Below are positions 63,089 to 64,000 of a stretch of DNA of 64,000 bases, one piece after another (within the stretch, counting starts at the first letter, position 1; the number at the start of each line of letters is the position of its first letter). The translations under genes and the position numbers were made by a program. The notes under the pieces were generated by a model. It saw nothing but the letters and a program-made list of their open reading frames with translations. It was not told where the DNA came from and ran no database searches. Source of the stretch: Parcubacteria group bacterium GW2011_GWE2_39_37 (lineage in GTDB: Bacteria; Patescibacteriota; Patescibacteriia; Patescibacteriales; GWE2-39-37); assembly GCA_000995135.1 (NCBI GenBank), contig LBWY01000001.1, positions 501 through 64,500 of the forward strand, given 5' to 3'.

Positions 63089-64000
63089 ATGACTAACGCA
63101 AACAAACAAACGATTTTTTCCGGCGTACAGCCGACCGGCAATCTGCACTTGGGAAATTACCTGGGAGCAATTTCTCAGTGGGTGCCGATGCAAGAACAAT
63201 ATAACGCAATTTTTTGCGTGGTGGATTATCACGCCATTACCGTCAAACAGGATCCGGCTGATTTAAATAAAAGGATAGTAGAAATTGTGAGACACTATCT
63301 AGCCAGCGGTATTAATCCAAAAAAATCTGTTATTTTTCAGCAGTCTGCTATCACTGCTCATACCGAGTTAGCTTGGATATTAAATACGGTGGCAAGAATC
63401 TCAGACCTTAAAAAAATGACTCAGTTCAAAGATAAGGCAGGCAAAGATCAAGAAAATGTCAGTGTTGGCCTCTTTGACTATCCGGTGCTGATGGCTGCAG
63501 ACATTCTTCTTTATAATACCGATGCTGTACCGGTTGGCGAAGACCAAAAACAACACGTTGAACTTTGCCGTGATTTGGCAAAAAGATTCAATCATCAGTT
63601 TGGTGAAACTTTCAAAATTCCCGAGGTTATCATGCGCAAAGAAGGCGCACGCATCATGGGCTTGGATGACCCAACAAAGAAGATGAGTAAAAGCGCTTCC
63701 AGTCCGGTCAATTACATCGCCCTGAATGACACACCAGAGGTGGCGGCAAAAAAAATCATGCGTGCAACAACAGATTCAGGCACAGAAATAAAATATGACA
63801 AAGAAAATAAACCGGCCATTGCCAACTTGCTTACAATCTATTCTTTGTTAGACAACAAAACTATTAAAGAGCTGGAAAAACAATATATTGGAAAAGGCTA
63901 TGGCGATTTCAAAAAAGATTTGGCAGAAGTCGTAAAAAACTTTTTGGTAAAATACCAAGAAAAATATAATAGTTACACTGACGAGGAAATAAAAACTATT
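63089..64000 (+). CDS. trpS: tryptophan--tRNA ligase (3'-partial; runs off the window)
   Basis: My own translation: MTNANKQTIFSGVQPTGNLHLGNYLGA...KMSKS...; open to position 64000. Confidence 0.95.
   Translation, partial: MTNANKQTIFSGVQPTGNLHLGNYLGAISQWVPMQEQYNAIFCVVDYHAITVKQDPADLNKRIVEIVRHYLASGINPKKSVIFQQSAITAHTELAWILNTVARISDLKKMTQFKDKAGKDQENVSVGLFDYPVLMAADILLYNTDAVPVGEDQKQHVELCRDLAKRFNHQFGETFKIPEVIMRKEGARIMGLDDPTKKMSKSASSPVNYIALNDTPEVAAKKIMRATTDSGTEIKYDKENKPAIANLLTIYSLLDNKTIKELEKQYIGKGYGDFKKDLAEVVKNFLVKYQEKYNSYTDEEIKTI

Overview
The window is visibly AT-rich and densely coding. It looks like a small-genome bacterium of the CPR/Patescibacteria type. The clues are a TrbC/VirB2-like Cys-rich 'pilin', a TrmB-type regulator, an archaeal-type PGI/PMI, GH57 and many short GC-rich palindromes. 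This placement is inference only; all homology calls were made by eye and from memory, with no searches. Standard code 11 fits, because UGA ends well-conserved proteins at the expected length.

Content, in order:
- A decayed left end (about 1-2.3 kb): a frameshifted hypothetical gene, a degraded TSUP/TauE gene, an about 0.8 kb non-coding stretch with repeated structured elements, and a methyltransferase fragment.
- Envelope and housekeeping genes: DKNYY protein, creD, yjdM/phnA, cfa, an aminotransferase and an FMN reductase.
- An SOS cassette: lexA divergent from a small-ORF-dinB operon.
- A zur-znuABC-type metal uptake operon.
- Two LysM membrane paralogues, and truB.
- An ECF sigma factor followed by two secreted LGDLF-repeat proteins, each behind a conserved structured leader.
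- PEBP, an OmpR/HK pair, Nramp, and a second ECF sigma/anti-sigma pair.
- ychF, rpsF-ssb-rpsR, efp, recA, comM, and a short SMC that appears to lack a hinge.
- An alpha-glucan cluster with two GlgA paralogues, GH57, a six-hairpin glycosidase and three kinase/phosphoesterase-like genes.
- ruvC, yebC, PGI/PMI and tRNA-Glu.
- An accessory block next to the tRNA: a TrmB regulator, a ThiH-like radical SAM gene paired with an EgtD-like methyltransferase, and a HigBA-like module.
- tsaD carrying two in-frame GC-rich hairpin insertions.
- A textbook T-box antiterminator that is followed by a 41-aa zinc-ribbon ORF and a terminator before trpS (trpS is partial at the window end).

My best candidates for something undescribed are (1) the orphan ThiH-like/EgtD-like two-gene cassette and (2) the ECF-sigma / LGDLF-repeat module with its paired pseudoknot-capable leaders. 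Neither can be proven from sequence alone.
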